DNA of 62,575 nucleotides, filler included, from Stramenopiles sp. TOSAG23-3 (taxonomy: Eukaryota), in assembly GCA_900128585.1 (NCBI GenBank). It is 6 parts of 6 records of this genome, joined end to end, with 100 filler letters (N's around TTAATTAATTAA, not from the genome) between each part and the next. Parts side by side here need not be neighbours in the genome. Positions count along the whole stretch, not along the records: positions 24,349 to 36,414 come from LT642712.1; positions 36,515 to 48,578 come from LT642713.1; 4 more parts are not named here. One strand, written 5' to 3'. How positions within the stretch are numbered: the stretch's first letter is position 1; every line of letters begins with the position of its first letter. Positions 30,101 through 39,500 of the stretch are shown piece after piece. The notes beneath the pieces were generated by a model that was not told the DNA's origin, did not search any database, and worked only from the letters and a program-made list of their open reading frames with translations. A program made the position numbers and the translations under genes.

Positions 30101-32499
30101 TGTGTTGCCGTTTCTACGGCAAGGAAAGACGGTGGCAACGAGATTTACTGTCGCTTGAAAAGGAGATCGAAGAGAAAAATAAAGGTCGACCCGAAGGAGA
30201 GAAACTACCTTCGCCGTTGATATCCGCCACCACCTCTTTGTTTTCTTCGCCGCACGTGCCCATTTTGATTCGTATTGGGGTTCCGATAGTGCTTTTGGCC
30301 AACGCTGTATTTTTTTTATCGGGCCATTTGTCGCTTGGTGCTTTAGTGCGAGTGTATTTGAACGTTGCGGGCGAAGACGTGCTCATCCCCGACGTCTTTA
30401 CTTTCTCCATGGCACAGTCGACTATAGATATGTGGAATGCAAACGCCAAGTTTCTTGCCATTATTATTGTCATTTTTAGTGGAATGTGGCCTTACACGAA
30501 AATAAGCATTTCTATGTTTCTCTGGATGGCCCCGCCCACGTGGTACGCCCCTTCTTCGCGCGAAGCAGCGTTTATGTGCTTGGACGGGCTCGGAAAATGG
30601 AGCATCATCGACATATTTGTTCTAGTCCTTTCAATGGTGGGATTTCACCTCATAATCAACAGCCCCGAGGTTTCGTTTCTCCCTCCAGACTTTTGGAAAG
30701 TCGAAGTCAGTGTTGTTCCAGTTTGGGGCTTGTACGCCAATCTAATTGCACAGGTCCAGTCACAAATCATATCGCACATTTGTATATATTGCCACCGCAA
30801 CTCGATCGCAGCCGCGGAAGAAGAAATGGGGCATAGGCTGATAGACATCGGATCGGTGAAAAAGCTATTGGAAGAGAGAAAAGTAGAAATTAAAATCCAT
30901 AGCAATCCCGTGGCAAGTAGGGAAAAAGGGCTAGGAGATTTGCCCACACTGGTCGAGGTTCCGGAAGAAAGCTCTGGGGAGTCCAGTAAAATGGAATCTT
31001 TTGATGGCATTACTAGGGCCGCAGAGAAAGCCCAAAAGAAAACAGCTGCGACCAGAACCCGTGCTCGCAGTACGTGGCTAACCTCACAGAACAATATCCC
31101 GGGCCCAAGAAAAGCGTTGCTCCATAAAAAGGCAAGCTTACGCAGCCATTATTTCGAAATGAAATCGGACGAGGGGGAAGCAGGCGAGATTGGGCGCTTG
31201 AGGATTCAAGTATCCCCTTGCGGTCAATGGCTGGTAATTTTTGGCATCATTTTTACCGAGTTAATTTTGGTTGTCGGAACGATTACCCCCAGCTTTTATA
31301 TGAACACCAAAGGTTTAGCTGGTTTGGCGATTGATTTGGGTAAAACGAATACATCGAATAAACAGTATTCCATCCTAAGTACAGTTGAGAGCATTGGCAA
31401 CCAAATTGATCCCGATGAGACGATCTCCGTGATCGGAATTGGCTCCATTGCGGGTTTTTTCCTGCTGACCACGGTAATCATCCCCAACTTGCAGCTTCTG
31501 GGCTTGTTCCTAATGTGGACCTTAAAGCTGAGTTTGCAAAACCAGAAAAAGCTGTTTCTTATCAACGAAGCTCTGAGCGCCTGGCAGTACCTCGAAGTGT
31601 ACATAATAGCGATAGGAGTAGCCAGTTTGCAGATGGCTGACATCAGCGGCCAAATAGCAAGGCCCCTGTGTAGGAATCTGGACGAAACTTTTGACATGTT
31701 GGCGACTTACGGGGTTGTGGACCGGATCAACGCGAACTGCTTTACCGTGTTGTCGGGGGTCGAGGATGGAATGCAGATTCTTTTGGTAGGTGCAGTTTTG
31801 TTGAATATTTTCAACATGCTGGTAAACAGGGCCACTGTTGCTGCTTTGCAGGACAGGGAGGCCCGGCTGCGAGGCGATGTATTGGAGGGCAACGCGGAAC
31901 GCCCCAAAAGTTTCTTCAGAGACAGTTGCATAAAATACCTACTGTTCAGTTGCTGTTGCTGTGTGCGCTATGTCGCCGAAGAGCATGACGATAAAAACGA
32001 GGACGAAAGCGATACAGCCTCACTGTCGACCACAGGAGGAACCACTAGGAAGCGAACGGTGACTTTAAGCGGGACACGAAAGCGTGTTATGACCTGGGGA
32101 AGCGCTCGCCCCAGTCGCACAATGAGCGTTGTCAGTGTGTTTGTCCCAGAAGAGAAAAATGGTCTTCCTCCGCACTGGGAAGAGGTCACGTCCGAGGGAG
32201 GTGATGTTTATTATTGGCACTCGTTAACGGGAGAAACACAATGGGAAAACCCAACAAACAATAGGAGGGGCTCGAGCCTTTCCCGGGTGGAATTGGTCGA
32301 TGAAGCCACTGGGAAAGTATATTTCTGGAATCAACAAACGGGGAGTACGAGATGGAAGCCGGACCAGGAAGACGCGGTGTCTGCACCGGAGCAGTTGCTT
32401 GAAGAATTGGTCGACGAAAAATCGGGGCAGACTTACTATTGGAATAAAGCGACAGGGAGCACGAAATGGAAGGAAGGCAAGAAGTCAGCTTCCTTATAA
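27148..32499 (+). CDS. Multidomain membrane protein: signal peptide, BPI/TULIP-like ectodomains, two PqiA/LetA-type TM domains, three WW domains (1783 aa)
   Basis: Signal peptide MRLFAALLLLSLGTTVAA. BPI N-domain pattern YTYKYGWFGGSG...SCSSNVDLSQLSFSGGIVSKIADTFKGMFRSKLESTLGTTICDEL. PqiA patterns FSMAQSTIDMW..LAIIIVIFSGMWPYTK..LGKWSIIDIFVLVL and YSILSTV..IPNLQ..LSAWQYLEVYIIAI. WW motif LPPHWEEVTSEGGDVYYWHSLTGETQWENP. Confidence 0.8.
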   Translation: MRLFAALLLLSLGTTVAAVNASNATVELYYLSHVAVIGVRSNTSVDPVNGTVTTVSPSTNNTIDDPDVASFVNTTEYERARNTTYKFLQCSYGNVVEGSESACHNSIVLESETKRQAVNTLERVVMKVTQAMYLGNGTGRRRLITRRDLGGSDWDELNAVFRGVVMKIPDQSMEKSIWPSTLKVFIKTIRCGQIGIGNIDIQSTASSNNAVNANVKLQSLDILCSAEYTYKYGWFGGSGRVSAGGTEQSIDTTITLNEDGTASINSCSSNVDLSQLSFSGGIVSKIADTFKGMFRSKLESTLGTTICDELGPLGSTFITSLAKTVRNETHPYVPVANGGSYVDVSEGPMLKENTLAKEVKAALISWKSALISPNSTDPLALLVPQAFSAVNEYFSNKETGINHFLRKYVLEDDGTLVLDFTTTESERGFIMYDGVDPLTSTSLGMSRVVVTGLDQFQTFRPLVVLGDQTLGHELRMEGRVTASASLSLTIGPSTAPGSMIDEHNGNTVRENPQLSLSISDLYLDAATFVGVSKEKALSVKVGSIQQAALPCLSSTFHEMEVRKFISTIRDIEEPLFSGFISVGIDRLFSQALHLVYLKFEDRMKLAMPNYLTTAGSEMMNELIDDYVASHNQTHEKTCPAPALPYKSGEYINFRTNDLWNQFQSAALGPFVENNASMLNKLISDMTDAGSVHNLLGENLTEKNITRVQTGSGFLGDLELQAGNIGIHGLNTIHGIEMLTAKSQHHGTNFAGVDSWLPVEHNMSKHLLSTAMSVGTNDRPLEGSIDVYFAADGAKGNGYSPILNDFTFSVGISELQVLIQMLIKLDLGNLKHLQLRHVVHLDCWVSAIGELGFHQAHAKFFGSLFASIKCRTCTSPGFRELEKTLSTEQATKDLTEIANRVFDFVGKMVESNNVKTEINKWISDATTRCAIEADGYFPDGSYQDTEKIKLGAEGVPPVVVVQKDSDATLDYMLFAIVGALVGGMLMCCRFYGKERRWQRDLLSLEKEIEEKNKGRPEGEKLPSPLISATTSLFSSPHVPILIRIGVPIVLLANAVFFLSGHLSLGALVRVYLNVAGEDVLIPDVFTFSMAQSTIDMWNANAKFLAIIIVIFSGMWPYTKISISMFLWMAPPTWYAPSSREAAFMCLDGLGKWSIIDIFVLVLSMVGFHLIINSPEVSFLPPDFWKVEVSVVPVWGLYANLIAQVQSQIISHICIYCHRNSIAAAEEEMGHRLIDIGSVKKLLEERKVEIKIHSNPVASREKGLGDLPTLVEVPEESSGESSKMESFDGITRAAEKAQKKTAATRTRARSTWLTSQNNIPGPRKALLHKKASLRSHYFEMKSDEGEAGEIGRLRIQVSPCGQWLVIFGIIFTELILVVGTITPSFYMNTKGLAGLAIDLGKTNTSNKQYSILSTVESIGNQIDPDETISVIGIGSIAGFFLLTTVIIPNLQLLGLFLMWTLKLSLQNQKKLFLINEALSAWQYLEVYIIAIGVASLQMADISGQIARPLCRNLDETFDMLATYGVVDRINANCFTVLSGVEDGMQILLVGAVLLNIFNMLVNRATVAALQDREARLRGDVLEGNAERPKSFFRDSCIKYLLFSCCCCVRYVAEEHDDKNEDESDTASLSTTGGTTRKRTVTLSGTRKRVMTWGSARPSRTMSVVSVFVPEEKNGLPPHWEEVTSEGGDVYYWHSLTGETQWENPTNNRRGSSLSRVELVDEATGKVYFWNQQTGSTRWKPDQEDAVSAPEQLLEELVDEKSGQTYYWNKATGSTKWKEGKKSASL

Positions 32500-32774
32500 T
32501 TTAGAGAAGACAAAAAAGTACGTAATAATTTAGAGTACGAGTGTTGAGCTTTTGAATGAAGTTTTTGAAGCTACAATGAAAGTAAATATTCTTAAAAAAC
32601 ACACCCAATGTAATTCAATTTTAATTATCATATTTTGAATAACAGCCAATTTTTTGTTTTCAATTCAGTTGTTTTAAATCTAAAATATGACAATGATACA
32701 CACTAATTATGAGAAAGTAAATGTTTCCATTGACTTCGCTATGTAATTTAAACCGAACACAAATAACTTACCCT

Positions 32775-35700
32775 CTATGAACTTGCAGGAAGGTTATCAC
32801 CCATAAAAAATGTTGGGGTTCCAACTTCAGGAAAGTGGGATTGGAGGACATCAAGCACTCGTTTAAAGACGATTGATTTTCGCTGCAAACGGTTTACAGT
32901 CAACCCAATTGTTACTCCTGCATGGGGAATCGACATTCCCATTGAGCCGCCAACCCCCCCATGCCCAAAGGCATATTTTGTCTTTGCATTGTCCACTGAG
33001 AAACCAAATCGCCTATACCCAAGGCCAAACTCTGACTCCATTTCATGCCCATCTTCCACCTGGAATTTTGCAAAAGAATGGGTTATCTGTGTTGCGTTTG
33101 CTATTGTTGCAGAAGAAAGCAATGGACTTGTTCCTGTGCGCATATTTGCAGTGGGAGCAAGGAGATCATAAAACATGGCAATCGCTCTTGCACTAAAATG
33201 CCCATTTGCGGCCGGTATCACAGAATGCCTGACTTTCTTGCTGTTGTACACTTTCATGTCAAACAAAAAGCTTTTTGTTTTTAAATTCTCAAGCAATTGT
33301 TTAACTGAACTGTTTTTCTTCTTCCCATCAAAAGATGTCTTAAGCTTTTCAACACCAGCGCTTATACGTTCGGTGATTTGGTCTAGTTCACCGATGTCCA
33401 CACCATCTGAATCATCCCTATTATTGTTACCCCCTTCCACCATGTTGGAAGGGTCCAAAGTAGCAAGCCTGGAATAATGAACACTCTCCGGCTCCAGCCA
33501 ATCCTTTTGAACACCGATCATTGCCTCTGTCTCCAAATGGAGGGGCCGAAAGATTCGAGACGTGACAAATTCTTGAAAAGATTGCCCTGACACAGCATGT
33601 ACTAGCCCACCAACAAGCCAGCCAAAGGATAAGTAATGGTACTGGCCGACCTTAGAATCTTGGAGCTCTTCTTCTGTTTTTTTATCGCTTGGTATGTCAC
33701 ACATAGCAGTGCACATATAATCGAAGTCACAAAACTGCTCAAACGTAATTTTCTCCGGCATTGCGTGCTGCATGCGTGCTCGGTGGGTCAACAAATGGGA
33801 AATTGTCAAGTCAGGGTGTTTTTCTCCAAATTCCGGCCAGTACTTTATTACCAGGTCATCGTAGCTTGCAATCAAACCATCTTGCACTAGAAGGTGAAGC
33901 GCAGTCGCCGTAAATGCTTTTGTGCAAGAAAAACTATTGAACAGTGAGTATGGCTGAACTTGTTGCGAGGGACCTTTGCTGTTTTGATGGCCAGCCGTAA
34001 CATCCGCTACAATAAAACCGCCTTGTACTACTGCACACTGGCATCCTGCAATAACCTCTGTTGACACCATGTCTTCCAACGCCCTCTTTAAGTCTTTCAC
34101 CAAGATTGAATTAAGTTTTCGAAACTTGTGTTGCCCTAAATGCTGACTAGACATTTCTCTCAGCTCAAGGCAATCATTTTTTTGACGACTGTTAAACAGT
34201 GCCTCACGTGCAATTTTATAAAATATTTTGAGGGGAGACTGCACAACTTCTAGAGTACTGCACAGGCCCCGAAGAAGGTCTTGTGCACGAAGAAAAAACA
34301 GGAGATCCCCTGGAAACGCCCGTACTGGCGGAACAATGTTCGCTTCTCTCCTTGCTTTCTTTTTTGCTTCAAGCACTTTGCGCATCTTGTTCTGGCGCTT
34401 TCGGGCGGATTTTGAGGGTGCTGTATCTCTGAACAAAAACCGAATTATGTCCATGTCACTTTGGGCATCGCTCCGGTTTAAACGTACTCCGACTTCATCA
34501 AACGCTTCCAGCAGCATAAAATAATCTTTTTGCGCAGAGGCCACCACAAGTTTACAAAATCCTAGCCGTATTTTGTTCGACAGGCGCTTGGCTAATCCAA
34601 AATCTAGCAAGACGGGTTTTGCTGGAATTCGGCGCCCATCTTCCACGGTCGGCAATTCTACCAAAATGTTCCCGGGGTGTGGGTCCCCAGAGAATACCCC
34701 TATCTTGAACATTTGCTCGCCAAATGCTTTTGTTATTTCTTTAAGGAGCCGTCCTAAGTCTACATTATGCTCCCTCAGGGCCTTCAGGTTCGTCACTTTT
34801 ACGCCGTCAGAAAATTCTAGCACAATCACATATTTGGAAGAGATGCTCTGATTATCAGAAATATTTATGGGCTCTGGGACAATCACGTCTGTGGTCGTAG
34901 ATTCCCTCAGTCCTTTTGCAACAATCTCGATGTTTTCTCGCTCTCGGTTAAAGTCCAACTCTTTCACTGCTTCTGTGCGCCATTCTTTCATAATTGGCCC
35001 AAAATCATACTCTGGCTCTGCCCTTGCAATGAACCAGGTGACCCACGTCAAAGCATACAGGTCAGCGCGCATGATGCTCTCAATGCCTTTGTGTTGAATT
35101 TTGACAGCGACCTGTCTCCTCGTTGATTTTAGCCGTGCTTTGTGTACCTGTGCGATCGATGCGGCCGCAAGCGGTTCTCTATTAAACTCACTGAAGATGC
35201 TGTCAAGAGGCAACTTACCAAACGCGGTTTGTAACTGCATTTTAATTTCTGAATAAGGCCTTCCGACCCCTTGGTCTTGTAGTTTACTTAGCTCCTGCAC
35301 ATACACTGGCGGAACGACATCGCTTCTGGCACCCATGTACTGCCCGGCTTTCATGATCATGCCCCCAAGTTCTGCCATGGTTAAATAAGCAACGATGGCA
35401 AACCTTTGGTTTACATATTTCCACCAACCGCTCCTCTCTTCCTTCTTTAGCCTGGAGGCCATTTGTTTGGCTATTTTGTAGCCTGCTATAATCGTAAACG
35501 ATGAGTACAGAAACTTGGCTTCCCTTTTGACAACATTGCTGACGGGCAAGCTGATAAAATGTTTCCGGGCATTGTACAGACCAATTGTCACAGCAACCTC
35601 CCAAAGAACATTCCACAGTTGTTTTTTCCTCCCAAAAAGAGAAGAAACGAGCGCTGCGATGCCTTTGTACGCGCTTCGCCCTACAATTGCCCAAAACACA

Positions 35701-36407
35701 CTATCCAGGGCGAGCGGCCCAGCACTTAGCAAAAGCGAGGCGTCTCTAAATGCATGCGCGTATGTTGCTGATTCAAATTGCTCGGCTTGTTGATCAAGAC
35801 GGCGTTGTATCATTTCGTTTTCATCGGGGCCGTGGTTTCTATCGTTCGATGCCACACGCCCTTCTGCATTTGTGGCATTGTCGCCAGCTGGAAGGGCTTC
35901 GTCGTCGTAGTAAGACAGCTTTCTACGGACGGGAGAAGGCGGGCCGGCCGGCTGGTTCGGGACATGCCCAACAAAACGGAGGAGACGGGACTTGTCTGGC
36001 TTACCTTCTTTGGTCTGTGCTTTCTCACACACAAATGCAAGAAGGTCATTCAAATAACATTCCAACTTTTGACTACGCGATAGCAAAAAATCCGAGGAGC
36101 GCCCTTGCAGCATGGAGAACCCTTTAGGGGGAAGCTTGGGGAGACGGCCCTGGTTTCGCATCGCCTTGTGAAGGCTTACAAATTCTGAAAAGCGCTTTTC
36201 TACGGGTTTCGAAGATAAGTATCGTATTCTGTAGAAGACAATTTTCTTCCTCTGAACAATGTCTATGATCTTAATGGGGCCCTGGGCACCTTCTTCTTCA
36301 AGTCGTTCTTGCTTTGAAAAAATGCTCTTAAAGACACCACCAAGCCTACGCAATATCTTCTCTTCCCCGTCTATGTCCACTTTGTTGAGGTCGAACGCGT
36401 CTTTCAT
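32775..36407 (-). CDS. PX domain - ABC1/UbiB (ADCK) atypical kinase - serine beta-lactamase-like hydrolase fusion (possibly 5'-truncated)
   Basis: PX: VFYRI..VEKRFSEFVSLH..LPKLPPK..RSQKLECYLNDLL. ABC1: MKAGQ, AAASIAQVH, VAVKIQH, ELDFNRE, DPHPGN, LDFG. Lactamase fold: FSCTK (SxxK), LLTHRA, YHYLSFGWLVG, FGHGGVGGS. Frame is open to the contig end at 36414. Confidence 0.85.
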   Translation of the reverse strand: MKDAFDLNKVDIDGEEKILRRLGGVFKSIFSKQERLEEEGAQGPIKIIDIVQRKKIVFYRIRYLSSKPVEKRFSEFVSLHKAMRNQGRLPKLPPKGFSMLQGRSSDFLLSRSQKLECYLNDLLAFVCEKAQTKEGKPDKSRLLRFVGHVPNQPAGPPSPVRRKLSYYDDEALPAGDNATNAEGRVASNDRNHGPDENEMIQRRLDQQAEQFESATYAHAFRDASLLLSAGPLALDSVFWAIVGRSAYKGIAALVSSLFGRKKQLWNVLWEVAVTIGLYNARKHFISLPVSNVVKREAKFLYSSFTIIAGYKIAKQMASRLKKEERSGWWKYVNQRFAIVAYLTMAELGGMIMKAGQYMGARSDVVPPVYVQELSKLQDQGVGRPYSEIKMQLQTAFGKLPLDSIFSEFNREPLAAASIAQVHKARLKSTRRQVAVKIQHKGIESIMRADLYALTWVTWFIARAEPEYDFGPIMKEWRTEAVKELDFNRERENIEIVAKGLRESTTTDVIVPEPINISDNQSISSKYVIVLEFSDGVKVTNLKALREHNVDLGRLLKEITKAFGEQMFKIGVFSGDPHPGNILVELPTVEDGRRIPAKPVLLDFGLAKRLSNKIRLGFCKLVVASAQKDYFMLLEAFDEVGVRLNRSDAQSDMDIIRFLFRDTAPSKSARKRQNKMRKVLEAKKKARREANIVPPVRAFPGDLLFFLRAQDLLRGLCSTLEVVQSPLKIFYKIAREALFNSRQKNDCLELREMSSQHLGQHKFRKLNSILVKDLKRALEDMVSTEVIAGCQCAVVQGGFIVADVTAGHQNSKGPSQQVQPYSLFNSFSCTKAFTATALHLLVQDGLIASYDDLVIKYWPEFGEKHPDLTISHLLTHRARMQHAMPEKITFEQFCDFDYMCTAMCDIPSDKKTEEELQDSKVGQYHYLSFGWLVGGLVHAVSGQSFQEFVTSRIFRPLHLETEAMIGVQKDWLEPESVHYSRLATLDPSNMVEGGNNNRDDSDGVDIGELDQITERISAGVEKLKTSFDGKKKNSSVKQLLENLKTKSFLFDMKVYNSKKVRHSVIPAANGHFSARAIAMFYDLLAPTANMRTGTSPLLSSATIANATQITHSFAKFQVEDGHEMESEFGLGYRRFGFSVDNAKTKYAFGHGGVGGSMGMSIPHAGVTIGLTVNRLQRKSIVFKRVLDVLQSHFPEVGTPTFFMGDNLPASS

Positions 36408-36414
36408 CGATAGT

Positions 36415-36514
36415 NNNNNNNNNNNNNNNNNNNNNNNNNNNNNNNNNNNNNNNNNNNNTTAATTAATTAANNNNNNNNNNNNNNNNNNNNNNNNNNNNNN
36501 NNNNNNNNNNNNNN
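36415..36514. other. Artificial contig spacer
   Basis: N44-TTAATTAATTAA-N44. Confidence 0.98.
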
Positions 36515-39500
36515 CTCATCAATGCTGTAAAACTAAGGGGGAAAGGCGACAGAATGTTCATGAATCACAATGATGCGGAGATGGCAAGCAATGATTGGGT
36601 AAAGATATTCCAGGCTGCTGTTCAAGCAAAGACAATTAATCATGTCTCGGCATCTCGCGCCGAGCAAGCGGCAGCAAAAGCAGCTGCAAAATTAATTTAT
36701 GCCACAAGAAACCATCCGTACGACGTTGAAGCACCGGCGACTGTGTTATGTCGAGTTTTAGGGCCCGAAAAATGCAAAGAAAGGCTGCAGGTTGCCGTAA
36801 AAAGCAACGATGTAGATGTTGCTTTGGCTCTTAAGATACTTCGTCATGGACGCGCCGGTAGTATTTGCGACCAGGTAGGGCCATGGGAATGCCATGAATC
36901 ACTCGCAAAGGCGACGGCTCTGGGTCACACCGGCATCGTAGCTGCAATACAGGCTCTAAAACGAGGCGCGGGGGATCTTCTCAGAGACACAGCATTGGCC
37001 AAGAGTAAGGCTGCAATAAGAGAAAGGGAAGAGCTTCAGAGAGTGAAATTCTACGGGGATAGAGGTCAAGTAGAACATCAAGAGTTCAAGGCTATAGATG
37101 CAGAACACGAAGCTACCGCTGCTGCCCAAGCATTGACTGTAAGAGGCGCGCCTAAAGAGTGTTCTTCAACTCTGAATGGGACCGAAACAGCGGATTGCTA
37201 TTGCCGACTGCTCGGCACCAAGCGGTGTTCGATGACCCTATACGAAGCGTACAAGTCAAAAAACACAGATGTTATCCATGCCATTCGGTCGCTTACAGGA
37301 GGACATTCTCCTGGCCCAGCCACAAAATTTTGCATTTCTCTGGGGCCTAACAGGTGCAGAGAGGTGATGTTTGCTGCGCGTATGCACTGCCATCATGAAG
37401 TCGTTAATGCATTTAATATTTTGGCGCAGCCCCTTCAAAAGGCTTTGCCGGCATGGAGAAACTGCACCGTTGTCCACGGCCTTACGTATCACTCTGTCTG
37501 TCCACGCGGAGATAAGGACAGAGGAATGGCTTGTAGCGGGCAGGGCAAGTGTATGTTCGACTCGCGTGGGTCTCGTTGCGATTGCTATCATGGGTGGGGG
37601 GGGGAAGCTTGTGAAAAATGGTTGGGTAGCCAGAGCGGCATTGGTTGTCGGGCCGAAATTAACCCGAATCTAAGATGTTCGGGGCATGGACTTTGTGGTA
37701 AAGGTGGTTCGTGTGCTTGCACGGATTCATTTACGGGCCCCATGTGTCAGCAAAAAGGCACTCCCATATCGGGCAAGAAATGCCCTAGTGTTAACGTCCA
37801 CGTATGCTCTGGTCATGGGAGTTGCAGCAGAAAGACAGGTGAATGTAGCTGTAATACCGGATTTGCACCCCCTGATTGTAATGAGCCTTCCGGCAACCAG
37901 TGCCATAAAAGCTCAAAGGGAGAAATGTGTTCTGGCCACGGCTTTTGCACCATTGCGGGATTTTGTAGCAACTCCCAAGCCTTCCCCAAAATTGCCGGGT
38001 GTGAACCCGGGTGGGAAGGAGCGGGTTGCAGTATATCGACAGCACTGAATGTAGGCTGCCGGGGCGAAAAGACCCCCTGCTCAGGCCACGGTGAATGTGG
38101 GGCGGACGGTATCTGCTATAAGAAACTCAGTGAAATGCAGATAGGGTGCAACCACGGCTGGGGTGGGGCCGATTGCAGCATTCACCAACACGAGAGTGAC
38201 AAGAGTTTGTTCGGCTGCCCAAGCAAAAGCTCTAATATTTGTTCTGGTCACGGTGTGTGCAACTTTGATGGCGGCACGTGTAAGTGCAAATCCGGCTGGA
38301 CGTCCCCAGATTGCCATGTTCCGCCGCCTGCGCGCAGCTGTGCTGGGCACCCCGGCAAAGCATGCGGTGGACATGGTATTTGCCGGCGTGACGGAACCTG
38401 CGGCTGTGAATGTGGGTTTTCTGGGGAATCCTGCCAGTATGGTCCGGGCGCGGGCACTAGCTGCCCTAGCGGCGTTAACCGAGACACCCTACGTGATGGA
38501 CTGTGTAGTGACAATGGGGAATGTGGTGACAACGGGGTGTGCCTGTGCAAGAATGGCTGGGCTGGAATGAATTGTGACACAAAGTCTAAAACGTGCCCAT
38601 CATGCAACGGGAAAGTTTGCAGTGGACACGGGACTTGTTCGCTTTCTGTTTGTACCTGTTTAAATGGATGGGGAGGAGAGAGCTGCTCCATAAGCAATGT
38701 ATTTAGCCCAGGTAAGGGTGTTGGTCATTCGCTTCCTAATGGACCTCTCTCCCTTCATCAAGTCCGCGGAACGTCAGCTCCTTCGCAAAGACGCGGCCGT
38801 TCACCTTCGCCGGAAACTATCGCGACACAGATAAGAAATGTATCCCAGTCGCCAGAAACTGACGGGTTTTGTGGACCAGATTATTCCATGAGAAATAAAG
38901 GTGATTGTCTGGCTGGAGGAATATGCAATGTAAAAGTATTGAAAGGTGCAGGCAATGGCGAAGGCAAGTTCGTTTCCATCATGGACCGGAAAGAGTGCGA
39001 ATCATCGAAAACAAAAGCTGGAGACCCTGGAACATGGCATTCGTTCAATTTTTGGTTTTTCCCAAGGAACCCCTTGGACGCGATGATCCGAGAAATTTGC
39101 GAGGAAGATGACCCTGATAGAATGGATAGGCTGTTAGACATATGGGAAAAAATTGATGGGTCCGTTGATGTAAATACATGCACAGCAAAAGCATTGAAAT
39201 GCCCGGAAATAAGAACATCATTTCTTGAAATAGAGAAGACCTCTCCCGAGGATAAAAAACTCCTTCAAGATGTGGACAAAACCCCCTCAACCACTAACGA
39301 TTCTGGCGAAGAAGAGAGTCCAGGCGATGTAGACCTGAGTTCTCGGCTATGGGAAATGGGAGACACAGATGACGAGATTGCTAGAATGCGTAAAGACATA
39401 ACACTGCGAAATGCGCCGGCTGCAACTTGGAGTGCTGTGAATGAAGACGATGAAGCAAAACTAAACGATTTGAGAAATTTTGGGGCAGATATTACCCAAG

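Noticed and set aside
32775-34080. Antibiotic-resistance beta-lactamase
   Set aside because: It is the broad serine hydrolase/esterase fold fused to an ABC1 kinase; nothing indicates beta-lactam activity.
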